From an uncultured Pseudomonadota bacterium (lineage in GTDB: Bacteria; Vulcanimicrobiota; Vulcanimicrobiia; Eremiobacterales; Eremiobacteraceae), in contig CAVTNB010000001.1 in assembly GCA_963736005.1 (NCBI GenBank), positions 128,001 to 192,000 of the forward strand: a stretch of DNA of 64,000 nucleotides, read 5' to 3'. Numbering within the stretch: the first letter of the stretch is position 1; the number at the start of each line of letters is the position of its first letter. The notes beneath the pieces are model-generated. The model was given only the letters and a program-made list of their open reading frames with translations. It ran no database searches and was not told the DNA's origin. The position numbers and the translations under genes were made by a program. Shown here in pieces: positions 55,778 to 64,000 of the stretch.

Positions 55778-56971
55778 TCAAGCCGAATACGGCGGGAGCT
55801 CGCAGCGGACCGGCTTGTCGCGGCGATACCCTAGCGCATACTCGCCGTGCATGAGCTTTTGAATCTCCCGCGAGCCCTCATACACGACTGCGCCGCGTGA
55901 ATTTCGCAAGAAGCGGGCCACCGGATATTCGTCGGAAAACCCATAGGCCCCGTGGATTTCCAACGCATCATCGGCTGCCTTGTTTGAAGCATCGCACGCA
56001 AACCACTTTGCAAGCGAGGTTTCTCGAGTGTTGCGCAGCCCTTTGTTCTTCATCCATCCTGCGCGCAGATAGAGTAGCCGCGACGCGTCGTAACTCGCGG
56101 TCATGCCGGCAACCATCTCTTGGATGAGCTGATGCCGTCCAATCGGCGCGCCAAACGTGGTCCGCTCGTTTGCATATTTGACCGACGCGTCAAGGCACGC
56201 CCGAATCAACCCAGTTGCGCCAGCGGCAACTGTGTAGCGACCGTTCTCGAGGCAGGTCATCGCGATGTAGAATCCTTCACCCTCGTGACCCAGACGATTG
56301 CGTTCGGGAACTCGCAAGTCGGTAAACGATAGTCCCCCAGTGTCGCCGGCTCGAACGCCATACTTGTGCTTGATTGCAAACGTGTGCAGCTGCTCGCCGG
56401 CGGTTGTGCGCTCCACCACAAATGCGCTGATCCCGCGCTTGCCTGCATCGGGATCGGTTTTGGCAAAGAGTAAGAACGTGTCGGCCTGGGTAGCGCATGA
56501 GATCCAGATCTTCGAACCGTTCAACACGTACTCGTCGCCGTCGCGCTTCGCAGTGCTTCGTAGAGCCCCCACGTCCGAACCCGCATCCGGCTCAGTCAGT
56601 CCAAACGCGCCGAGCTTCTCTCCGGACGCAAGCGGGCGGAGCAAGCGTTGTTTTTGCTCCTCGGTTCCCCATTGGTAGATGCCGCAGCCCGCGAGGCCGA
56701 TATGCACTGACATCATCGTCCGCAAGGCAGTGTCGCAATATTCGAGCTCCTCGCACACGAGGCCAAGCGTGACATAATCGAGACCCGCACCGCCATACGC
56801 GTGAGGAAATGGCAGACCCACGACCCCCATGGTTGCAAGCTTTTGAAATGCCCCGGGCAAGGGAGTGCTCGCACTTTCGCTGCGTGCCACGTCGGGAAGA
56901 ATTTGTTCGGCAAGATAGCGTCGCACGTTGGCAACGAGATCGCGCTGCTCGTCTGTAAGCGCAAAGTCCAG
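55778..56971 (-). CDS. Acyl-CoA dehydrogenase (glutaryl-CoA DH-like); probable CTG start
   Basis: DFALTDEQ, FGLTEPDAGSD, LNGSKIWI, FG..IG..QL, IHGAYG, YEGSREIQ. Confidence 0.92.
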   Translation of the reverse strand: MDFALTDEQRDLVANVRRYLAEQILPDVARSESASTPLPGAFQKLATMGVVGLPFPHAYGGAGLDYVTLGLVCEELEYCDTALRTMMSVHIGLAGCGIYQWGTEEQKQRLLRPLASGEKLGAFGLTEPDAGSDVGALRSTAKRDGDEYVLNGSKIWISCATQADTFLLFAKTDPDAGKRGISAFVVERTTAGEQLHTFAIKHKYGVRAGDTGGLSFTDLRVPERNRLGHEGEGFYIAMTCLENGRYTVAAGATGLIRACLDASVKYANERTTFGAPIGRHQLIQEMVAGMTASYDASRLLYLRAGWMKNKGLRNTRETSLAKWFACDASNKAADDALEIHGAYGFSDEYPVARFLRNSRGAVVYEGSREIQKLMHGEYALGYRRDKPVRCELPPYSA

Positions 56972-57043
56972 GACGCATGACCTCCGGCGGCGCATGAGTT
57001 TTGCCGCGGGTGGGCGCCACTCCCGCGCAGAAGCCGTGGCGCC

Positions 57044-58705
57044 ATGCGCACAAGCTTGAGAATGTTCGACTTTGCGCGCATCGCGGCGAGCGTTGTCGCG
57101 GTGGCGCTCCTTGGGTTTGCAACCGGCTGCACGAAGGTGGCGACCTCTGTGAGTTCAGGTCGCCAAAACGAGGGCACCCCGGGAATCTTACGGATTTCAG
57201 ACATCTCCGACCCATCGACGCTCAACCCGATGTTCAGCGGTGCCGATGTCGCTTACCAACTGTCAGCGTATACCCTCGAGTACTTGGTCCAGCTTGATGA
57301 CAGCGGGCGCGTGATTCCGGTGCTGTGTCAGCGGGTGCCAAGCGTAGAGAATGGTGACATTAGCCACGATGGACTGACGGTAACCTACCATCTCCGGCAT
57401 GGAGTGACGTGGTCTGACGGCGTGCCGTTTACCGCAAACGACATCATCGCATCTTGGCGAGCGGTCATGAATCCGCTCAATAACGTCATCATCCGCGAAG
57501 GATATGACGCCATAGCGCGCATCGACGCGCCCGATCCATACACGGCAGTCGTCCACCTCAAGCGTCCGTATGCGTCGTTGCCCACGCGCTTTTTTTCTGG
57601 GATACAAGAAGGGCCGATCGCCGTGATGCCGGCGCACATCATCGCCCATGTGAGCGACCTCAACCGCGCTCCCTTCAACGCAAGTCCGATTGGCACAGGT
57701 CCGTTCATCGTGAAATCGTGGGAACGCAACGGCCGCATGATCTTCGTTGCCAATCCACACTACTGGCGCGGCAAACCAAAGCTGCAAGAAATCATTTTCC
57801 AGGCGCAGCCGTCAACCGCGACCGAACTTGTCGGATTCGAAACGCACGAGATCGATGCAGATCTCGACGCCGGCCCTGGCAGACTGCCTGAATACAGCAC
57901 GCTTCCAGGCATGCACGTCCTTACGTCACGAAGCTTGAGGCTGTCTGTCGGCGTCATGAACTGTCAGAAATTTCCTTTCAACGATGTCCACGTGCGCCAT
58001 GCGTTCGGGTTTGCTATCGATCGAGCCGCCGTGCTGCATGACGTCTACCACGACGCCGGCGTCATAGCTGACGAGTTCGTGCCGAAATGGTCGTGGGCGT
58101 ACACGCCGGATGTCCCTCACTATCCATTTGACGTGGCGAAGGCGAACGCCGAACTCGAAGCAGCCGGCTTCGTTCGCGGCCCAGACGGCATACGCTACCG
58201 CAATGGACAAGCGTTGAGCGTCGTGTTGGTTGCCGTCGGCGGGGATCAGCCAGGGGCGAGGCTCGACGCCATGGTGCAGGCTTTTCTTCATACCGTCGGA
58301 TTTGCCGTGACGATCAAAGACTATCCCTACGGCCTGATTTTCGATAATACTGGGCCGATCCGGACGGGGAACTACAACCTCGCCTTCTATAGCTACAGCG
58401 TCAATTTCGACCCGTCGTCGCTTGACGATTTCGGTTGCGCTTGGTTCGCGCCCAACGGGGGAAATGATTCGAGATTCTGCGATCCGCAAACCGACAAACT
58501 TGAAGACGCGGCCCTTGCCACGACCAACCCCGCCAAGCGAAAAGCCCTCTACGCAAAAATCCAACGGCGCTACATGACCGATTTGCCCACGCTCCCAATA
58601 TTCTTCCGAGATCGTGTTGGCGTCGTCACAACTAATCTGCAAAATTACACGGCGTCGAACGGCATCATACCGCAGTGGAACGCTTGGCAATGGTCAATGC
58701 GCTAG
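57044..58705 (+). CDS. Peptide/nickel ABC transporter substrate-binding lipoprotein (family 5), orphan
   Basis: Signal peptide with ATGC lipobox; DP.TLNP, S.DG.T.TYHLR.GV.WSDG.PFTA.D, PIGTGPF. Confidence 0.9.
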   Translation: MRTSLRMFDFARIAASVVAVALLGFATGCTKVATSVSSGRQNEGTPGILRISDISDPSTLNPMFSGADVAYQLSAYTLEYLVQLDDSGRVIPVLCQRVPSVENGDISHDGLTVTYHLRHGVTWSDGVPFTANDIIASWRAVMNPLNNVIIREGYDAIARIDAPDPYTAVVHLKRPYASLPTRFFSGIQEGPIAVMPAHIIAHVSDLNRAPFNASPIGTGPFIVKSWERNGRMIFVANPHYWRGKPKLQEIIFQAQPSTATELVGFETHEIDADLDAGPGRLPEYSTLPGMHVLTSRSLRLSVGVMNCQKFPFNDVHVRHAFGFAIDRAAVLHDVYHDAGVIADEFVPKWSWAYTPDVPHYPFDVAKANAELEAAGFVRGPDGIRYRNGQALSVVLVAVGGDQPGARLDAMVQAFLHTVGFAVTIKDYPYGLIFDNTGPIRTGNYNLAFYSYSVNFDPSSLDDFGCAWFAPNGGNDSRFCDPQTDKLEDAALATTNPAKRKALYAKIQRRYMTDLPTLPIFFRDRVGVVTTNLQNYTASNGIIPQWNAWQWSMR

Positions 58706-58830
58706 CACGTCATATGACGCGATCGCAACTGTGCGGTCTATCACCTGGCCAAAACTAACTCGCGCTCGAAACTAGCTCGATAGTTTCCTTAGGACCACTT
58801 CCGCGGTCCGTCGCGCGAGGACGTGCATTC

Positions 58831-59352
58831 GTGAACCCAATCATCGGTTTCATCTCGATCATCGCGGCCCTCATTTTGCCTTTTCTCGCGCCAGCACCCC
58901 AACAAAAAAGCGAAGATCCGATTCCAGGCATTCGCGCGCGCCTCATCAATCAGATCAACGCCCATCGCCACGCCTATGGCCTGAGCTCGCTGACGTTAGA
59001 TCCCGTCGCCGAGCGCGCCGCACAGTTTCAAGCCCTCTACATGGAGTCGAGCGGCGTGATGCGTCATGACGATCCCGACGGTCGTTCGCCGATGGAGCGT
59101 TACGCAGATCTGGGCGGGCACCCAGCCTTGTATGGTGAAAACGTGGCGTACTACGGAGATTCTTTCACGGAAACGGACGCCGTGTGGCAAGCAGTTTCAA
59201 AACTCGACGCCATGATGATGGCAGAGCGCCCACCATCTGACGGCCATCGCGAGAACATTCTTTCGCCCGACTACCGAGCGATCGGTATCGGTGTTGCCGT
59301 CGGCCCCAACGGCATCTACATAGCAGAAGATTTCGTCACGCCCCAGTCCTAG
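58831..59352 (+). CDS. CAP (SCP) domain secreted protein
   Basis: Signal peptide; IN.HR...GL..L, GENVA, HRENIL, IGIGV. Confidence 0.88.
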   Translation: MNPIIGFISIIAALILPFLAPAPQQKSEDPIPGIRARLINQINAHRHAYGLSSLTLDPVAERAAQFQALYMESSGVMRHDDPDGRSPMERYADLGGHPALYGENVAYYGDSFTETDAVWQAVSKLDAMMMAERPPSDGHRENILSPDYRAIGIGVAVGPNGIYIAEDFVTPQS

Positions 59353-59422
59353 CGCACACGCGTCGAAATTCATTGGAGCGAAAAAGGTCCGGCGAGGCTT
59401 TGCGCCAAGGCATTGTTTCGTC

Positions 59423-60574
59423 ATGAGCCTTTCCGCACGGGCTGTCGTGCCCGTCCGCACGCCTCTCGACCGGAGTCTTTTCCCCGTCGCCCAAAGGTGG
59501 GCATACTGCAATCACGCTGCTGTGGGGCCACTGCCACGGCCCACGCGCGATGCGGTCGCTGCCGTGCTCGATGCGCAAATGAACGATGGCTCTGCTGGTA
59601 TCTTAGACGTTGAATCGCATCTCGAGCTCGTGCGGGCAGAAACAGCCGCCGCAATTGGTGCCAGAACCGATGAGGTTGCCTTTCTGCGCTCGACGTCGGA
59701 TGGCGCGCTTGTCGTTGCCAATGGACTCCAGTGGCATGAGGGTGACGAGATCATCCTGCCCGATTCTGAATTCGGCGCCAACGCATACCCATGGCTCAAT
59801 CTGCGCTATCGAGGAGTGCGTACGCGTTTTGTGCGCTCGCCGCAGCGCATGACGGTCGACGTGCTGGAGAAACTCAAAACGCGGCGTACGAGGCTCGTGG
59901 CAGTTTCCTACGTCGGCTTCCTGGACGGCTATCGCCACGATCTGCGCGCAATCGGTACGTGGTGCCGCGAAAACGGGATCCTCTTCGCGGTGGACGCCAT
60001 GCAAGGTTTTGGCCACCTGCCGCTGGATGTCTCGGGCTGGCATATAGATTTTTCCTACTTCGGCACCGCCAAGTGGCTCCTCTCGCCGCAAGGACTCTCC
60101 ATCGTCTACGTGAGCCGCGAGGTCGTTGACTCGTTGCTGCCAACGCATTACTCGTGGCGATCCGTGCGCGAGCCTATGGTCTTTCTTGACTACGCGCAAG
60201 AGCTCGCTCCCGGCGCACGACGCTTGGAGGGCGGCACGGTCAACTACCCAGGCCTCATTGGTTTTCGCGAAAGCCTGCGATTGATGCGCGAAGCATCATT
60301 TGAGGCAATCGAGAGTCACGTGCTCGGCTTATGTGACCATCTCATCAACGGTGCGCGCGAACGTGGAATCGCCGTGCTCAGCGATGTGGGCCAGCAGCAC
60401 CGCTCTGGTATCGTTCTCCTGGGTCTGGGCGCGCGAAAAGTGGATGCGCTGCACGCGAAGGCTCTGGCTTCGAAAGTGGGAATCACGGTGCGCGATAGTG
60501 GCGTGCGAGTGTCTCCGCATGGCTACAATACCCTTGCCGATATCGATGCGGTTCTCAACATCATGGCGTCATAA
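59423..60574 (+). CDS. Class V PLP-dependent aminotransferase/C-S lyase family protein
   Basis: Y.NHAAVGP, EF.AN.YPW, VDAMQ.FG, AKWLL.P.G, RVSPH.YNT. Confidence 0.9.
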   Translation: MSLSARAVVPVRTPLDRSLFPVAQRWAYCNHAAVGPLPRPTRDAVAAVLDAQMNDGSAGILDVESHLELVRAETAAAIGARTDEVAFLRSTSDGALVVANGLQWHEGDEIILPDSEFGANAYPWLNLRYRGVRTRFVRSPQRMTVDVLEKLKTRRTRLVAVSYVGFLDGYRHDLRAIGTWCRENGILFAVDAMQGFGHLPLDVSGWHIDFSYFGTAKWLLSPQGLSIVYVSREVVDSLLPTHYSWRSVREPMVFLDYAQELAPGARRLEGGTVNYPGLIGFRESLRLMREASFEAIESHVLGLCDHLINGARERGIAVLSDVGQQHRSGIVLLGLGARKVDALHAKALASKVGITVRDSGVRVSPHGYNTLADIDAVLNIMAS

Positions 60575-61281
60575 TGGAAAAAACTCGTCGCACGGATGAC
60601 GCGAAGGAAACTCGATCGCGTCATGACGCTGCCTGGGGAAGTAGGGCGAGCGGAGAGGCTCGCTGGCCCGCTCAAGTGGCGGTCATTGTCGCGGTCTTGC
60701 TCTACATCACGCTGCCCGCCAAACTCACGTTTGGACCTGTTTGGCTCATCCCAGCGCTCGAGCTCGCGCTGTTGTTGCCGCTTTTGGTCACAGATCCGCG
60801 AAGGATGCGCGTCGTTCCAAGTTGGCGACGCATGACGGCGATCGCACTCATCTGCGTCATCAACCTTGCGAACATCGCTTCGCTCGGCCTGCTGGTCCAC
60901 GAATTGTTGACTGGGAAGAGTCCTCTGATGGGCAGCCAGCTCCTGAAAGGGGCGGTCCAGATTTGGCTGACCAACATCATCGTCTTTGCGCTGTGGTATT
61001 GGGAGCTCGACCGGGGTGGCCCGGACGCGCGCATGAGCGCCGAGCATAGCCAGCCCGATTTTCTTTTTCCGCAAATGGTCACGCCTGCCAGCGCACCGCC
61101 CGGGTGGGCTCCAAAGTTCGTCGACTACCTCTTCGTCTCGTTTACGAATGCGAGTGCCTTCAGCCCGACCGACACGATGCCGCTCACCGCGTGGGCAAAA
61201 ATGTTGTTCTTGGTTCAGGCCTTGACGTCACTGCTCACCGTCGCTTTGGTCGCAGCGCGCGCGGTGAATATTCTCTCCTAG
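60574..61281 (+). CDS. Membrane protein (DUF1345-like)
   Basis: WLTN...FALWYWELDRGGP, PDFLFPQM, FVDYL..SFTN..AFSPTDT.PL. Confidence 0.8.
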   Translation: MEKTRRTDDAKETRSRHDAAWGSRASGEARWPAQVAVIVAVLLYITLPAKLTFGPVWLIPALELALLLPLLVTDPRRMRVVPSWRRMTAIALICVINLANIASLGLLVHELLTGKSPLMGSQLLKGAVQIWLTNIIVFALWYWELDRGGPDARMSAEHSQPDFLFPQMVTPASAPPGWAPKFVDYLFVSFTNASAFSPTDTMPLTAWAKMLFLVQALTSLLTVALVAARAVNILS

Positions 61282-61290
61282 GCGCCGCCC

Positions 61291-62739
61291 CTAATACCCA
61301 GTGTCCGATTGCGCGCAAGGCACCATGATGGCCTCGCTCATGCCGTGGATGAGGCGCTTGTCCGCTGGGACGACGGTGGCCAGGACTCCGGACAGTAAGG
61401 CTTCGTCTCCCGCAACAAAATAGTAAGGGCAGAGTCGCACCCGGCCATCCATGGTGCGCACCGTATTGGTCGGAAGATCGAGATAGTCCGCGCTCACCCG
61501 TCGCGCTTTGTGATAGCGCTGCAGCACTTGCGGACTCTTGTCGAACATCGCCAAGCCACCGTCGATGACGGCCATCCATTCATCGTGCGTGAGGTCGTTG
61601 GCAATGTAGACGCCGCGGCTACCCCACGCAAGCGGCGAGAACCCCGAGGGTTTAACCACAAACTGGCGCTCAGATTTTGAAAGCTTGTAGAGCTCGCGCC
61701 AACTTCCTACTGGCCGTCCGTCGACGTTCAGGTCGACGATCACGGCCTGCGGCGGCAGCGGATTTGGGTCAAGCACCCACGTTTGCGGCAGCAATCGCAA
61801 GAGCCGCTCGAAAACGTCAACTCCAAGTTCGTTGCGCCACTGTTCGTACAGACTCGGGTTATGAAGCAGCGCGAAAATGAGCTTCTCCTCGAGAAACGCT
61901 TTGGGAGGCGGCGTCATCACCACACGCTTGTGTCGCGCGGCGTACAGCATGAGCTCTTGCTTCGGCACGTTGAGCAAATCAAAAAGTTCGAAGTTCCGAT
62001 ATAAGAGGTCGACTCTCCGGCGCCCGTCGGGTGTATCGACCACGAGGGCCTCTTCCGTGAAGACGACATCTTCGGGTTTGACCGCCACGGCGAACGCCAG
62101 CCCATTTGCGCGCAAAGCGTCGGCGAGCCACGCCATTTCGCCGCGATAGTCGTCTGATTCGGTTGAGACGACAATGGCGATCGTCGGTTGTTCCTTGCCG
62201 CAGAGCGACTGCGCCATTTTGGCGAAGCCCGCAACGATGCCATCATACTCGCCGACTTGGTCGAAGCCGAGCTCGCAATACACGGCACCCATCGCGCCCA
62301 CAAAGCCCATGCCACCCGGAATGGAGTCAAGCTCCGAGGCGATCATGCCGTCATCGGTGAGGATAATGTCCGGACGAATAATGCCAGGGACTTCACTCTT
62401 GAACCGGTTTTGGCGTTCGAGGCGGACGATGTGCTCCGGCTTGCCGAGATCCAAGTAGCGGTGGAAAAACTCCGGAGCGGTCCCGCGCACGCTCATGAAA
62501 TAGAGTCGATTGACTGCGCGATAGAGCTTGAGCAAATCGCCGCCAAGCGTCTGCAACTTTGCAACCGTTGCGGGCGCCAGGCCAAAGGGTTGCGGCGAGA
62601 CTCGCCAGGCGACACTCTTGGCGTCGGCTTCTTGCAGCCCAGCGACGCTGCGAAAAAGATTTGGGGCGAGGTGATCGTGGACGAAACGAGCGCGATCGAG
62701 GGGTGTATCTTGGGGGCGAAGCTTAGCGCTGCAAGCCAT
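61291..62739 (-). CDS. Hypothetical ATP-grasp-like (glutathionylspermidine synthase/circularly permuted-type) ligase
   Basis: IRPDI.LT...SELDS.PGG.G (RxD, ExD/N), EEK, LP.TW, V.KPSG, GSRGV, VLQ.Y, R.CPY. Confidence 0.65.
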   Translation of the reverse strand: MACSAKLRPQDTPLDRARFVHDHLAPNLFRSVAGLQEADAKSVAWRVSPQPFGLAPATVAKLQTLGGDLLKLYRAVNRLYFMSVRGTAPEFFHRYLDLGKPEHIVRLERQNRFKSEVPGIIRPDIILTDDGMIASELDSIPGGMGFVGAMGAVYCELGFDQVGEYDGIVAGFAKMAQSLCGKEQPTIAIVVSTESDDYRGEMAWLADALRANGLAFAVAVKPEDVVFTEEALVVDTPDGRRRVDLLYRNFELFDLLNVPKQELMLYAARHKRVVMTPPPKAFLEEKLIFALLHNPSLYEQWRNELGVDVFERLLRLLPQTWVLDPNPLPPQAVIVDLNVDGRPVGSWRELYKLSKSERQFVVKPSGFSPLAWGSRGVYIANDLTHDEWMAVIDGGLAMFDKSPQVLQRYHKARRVSADYLDLPTNTVRTMDGRVRLCPYYFVAGDEALLSGVLATVVPADKRLIHGMSEAIMVPCAQSDTGY

Positions 62740-62912
62740 GTGAGTCTTAGAGGCCTCCGCCGTAGGAAAAAGTCAAGCGTCGACACGCCGGTGGAATCTT
62801 CGGCATGGAGAGCAGCCGATACAAGTGCCGAACCATAGCCTGCCCCTTCGATTGACGTTGCGAGCGAGCCTTTGAGCCCCAGGCCGGTGCTTGCGCAAGC
62901 GAGAACGAGGAG

Positions 62913-63847
62913 TTGGCGATGTGTGCCACATCAACGGTTGTCCTCGCGCGCTCGCTCACCAAACGGTACGGAGCAATCGAGGCCGTCCGAGGGGTTGATT
63001 TTTCCATCGAGGCTGGCGAGTGCTTCGGGTTCCTTGGCGTCAATGGCGCGGGTAAGACCACCACGATGAAGATGATCTATTGCCGCATCGCTCGCACGTC
63101 GGGCGAGCTGCTCGTGCTCGGGATGGATACCTCGCGGGACGCGCTTGGGATCAAAGCGCGATTGGGCGTCGTCGCGCAAGAAAACGCCTTGGACCCCGAA
63201 CTCACGGTGATCGAAAACCTGCTCCTGTATGCCTCGTTTTTTGGGATCACTGGAGAAAGAGCGTACAAACGCGCTGCGCAGCTGCTTGAGCTCCTGAGTC
63301 TGGGCGGGAAAGAGAAGGCGCAGGTCAAGGAATTGTCCGGCGGCATGAAGCGCAGACTCGTGATCGCGCGAGCGCTCGTGAACGATCCAGATATTCTCGT
63401 GCTCGACGAGCCGACGACTGGGCTCGATCCGCAAGCGCGCTTGCTGGTTTGGGAGAAGCTGACCAGTTTGCGCAAGCAGGCCTGACGCTCTTGTTGACCA
63501 CGCACTATATGGAAGAAGCAGCGCGGCTTTGCAATCGCGTCGCCATCATCGACGAAGGGAAGATTCTCGCGCAGGGAACCCCCGAGCAGCTTATCGCCCA
63601 GTTCGCTGCAGCCGACGTGTTGGAAATTATCGATCCCGCGGCGCGCCTACCCGTCGATGGTCAGCTTGATGGACTCATCGTGCGTCGCGAGCGGTATGGC
63701 GAAGTCCATTACCTTTTCAACCACGATAATAGGGTGTTGCTGCATCGCATGAACGAGCTCGGCTTCGATCCACCTCGACACGTCGCGCGTCGGGCCACCC
63801 TCGAAGATGTTTTTCTTAACATGACCGGGAGGGAGTTGGTCGAGTGA
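62913..63847 (+). CDS. ABC exporter ATP-binding protein (NodI/DrrA-like), apparent -1 frameshift near 63480
   Basis: GVNGAGKTT, LSGGMKRR, LVLDEPTTGLDPQAR in ORF 62913..63485; GLTLLLTTHYMEEA...TLEDVFL.MTG in ORF 63449..63847. Confidence 0.9.
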
Positions 63848-64000
63848 ATCCTGTTGCCGCCTTCTTTCGCCCCAACACGTGGCGCGTTTTCCGGCGCAAT
63901 TTCTATGCTTGGCAGAAGTATGCTTGGTCGAGCGTGGCAATCAACATCGTCGAGCCATTCGCGTATTTTCTCGCGCTTGGTTTCGGACTGGGAGCGTATT
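63844..64000 (+). CDS. ABC exporter permease (NodJ-like), partial
   Basis: GTGA overlap; MNPVAAFFRPNTWRVFRRNFYAWQKY...IVEPFAYFLALGFGLG; open at the window end. Confidence 0.85.
   Translation, partial: MNPVAAFFRPNTWRVFRRNFYAWQKYAWSSVAINIVEPFAYFLALGFGLGAY

Noticed and set aside
63483..63485. TGA in the ABC ATPase as selenocysteine or readthrough
   Set aside because: The conserved continuation is in a different frame, so it is an indel and not an in-frame stop.

Overview
This is a GC-rich (roughly 60% by eye) bacterial chromosomal segment. The gene order is Terrabacteria-like and the repertoire is compatible with a soil lineage such as Candidatus Eremiobacterota; this taxonomy is inference only. 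From left to right: (1) the end of an amino-sugar/glycosylation operon; (2) a split NHEJ locus (Ku, a small wHTH-like gene, stand-alone LigD ligase and phosphoesterase genes); (3) a decayed ~3.6 kb island at tRNA-Cys, with a 20-bp duplication ending exactly at the anticodon loop, an integrase remnant and an adenylate cyclase-STAND ATPase-TPR cargo gene; (4) a housekeeping block, recG-rsmD-coaD-orf-ylbL-yceD-rpmF-fabHDG-acpP-ffh-rpsP-khpA-rimM; (5) assorted metabolic and repair genes; (6) a class II ribonucleotide reductase (nrdJ) with two inteins only 11 codons apart at its two active-site cysteines, preceded by a promoter overlapped by NrdR boxes; (7) a two-subunit glutamine-dependent NAD synthetase, glyoxalases and cinA; (8) APC permease / subtilase / APC permease; (9) leuCDB-like genes, beta-oxidation genes, a peptide-binding lipoprotein, an orphan ATP-grasp-like ligase and a NodIJ-like ABC exporter running off the end. 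GTAG-type REP palindromes are scattered through the intergenic gaps and often supply stop codons. At least four genes carry single-base frameshifts, most simply explained as assembly errors. I see no CRISPR array, rRNA or intact transposase. I cannot show a wholly new multi-gene system. The strongest leads are the tandem inteins and the 5'-type tRNA-Cys island that appears locked in place.
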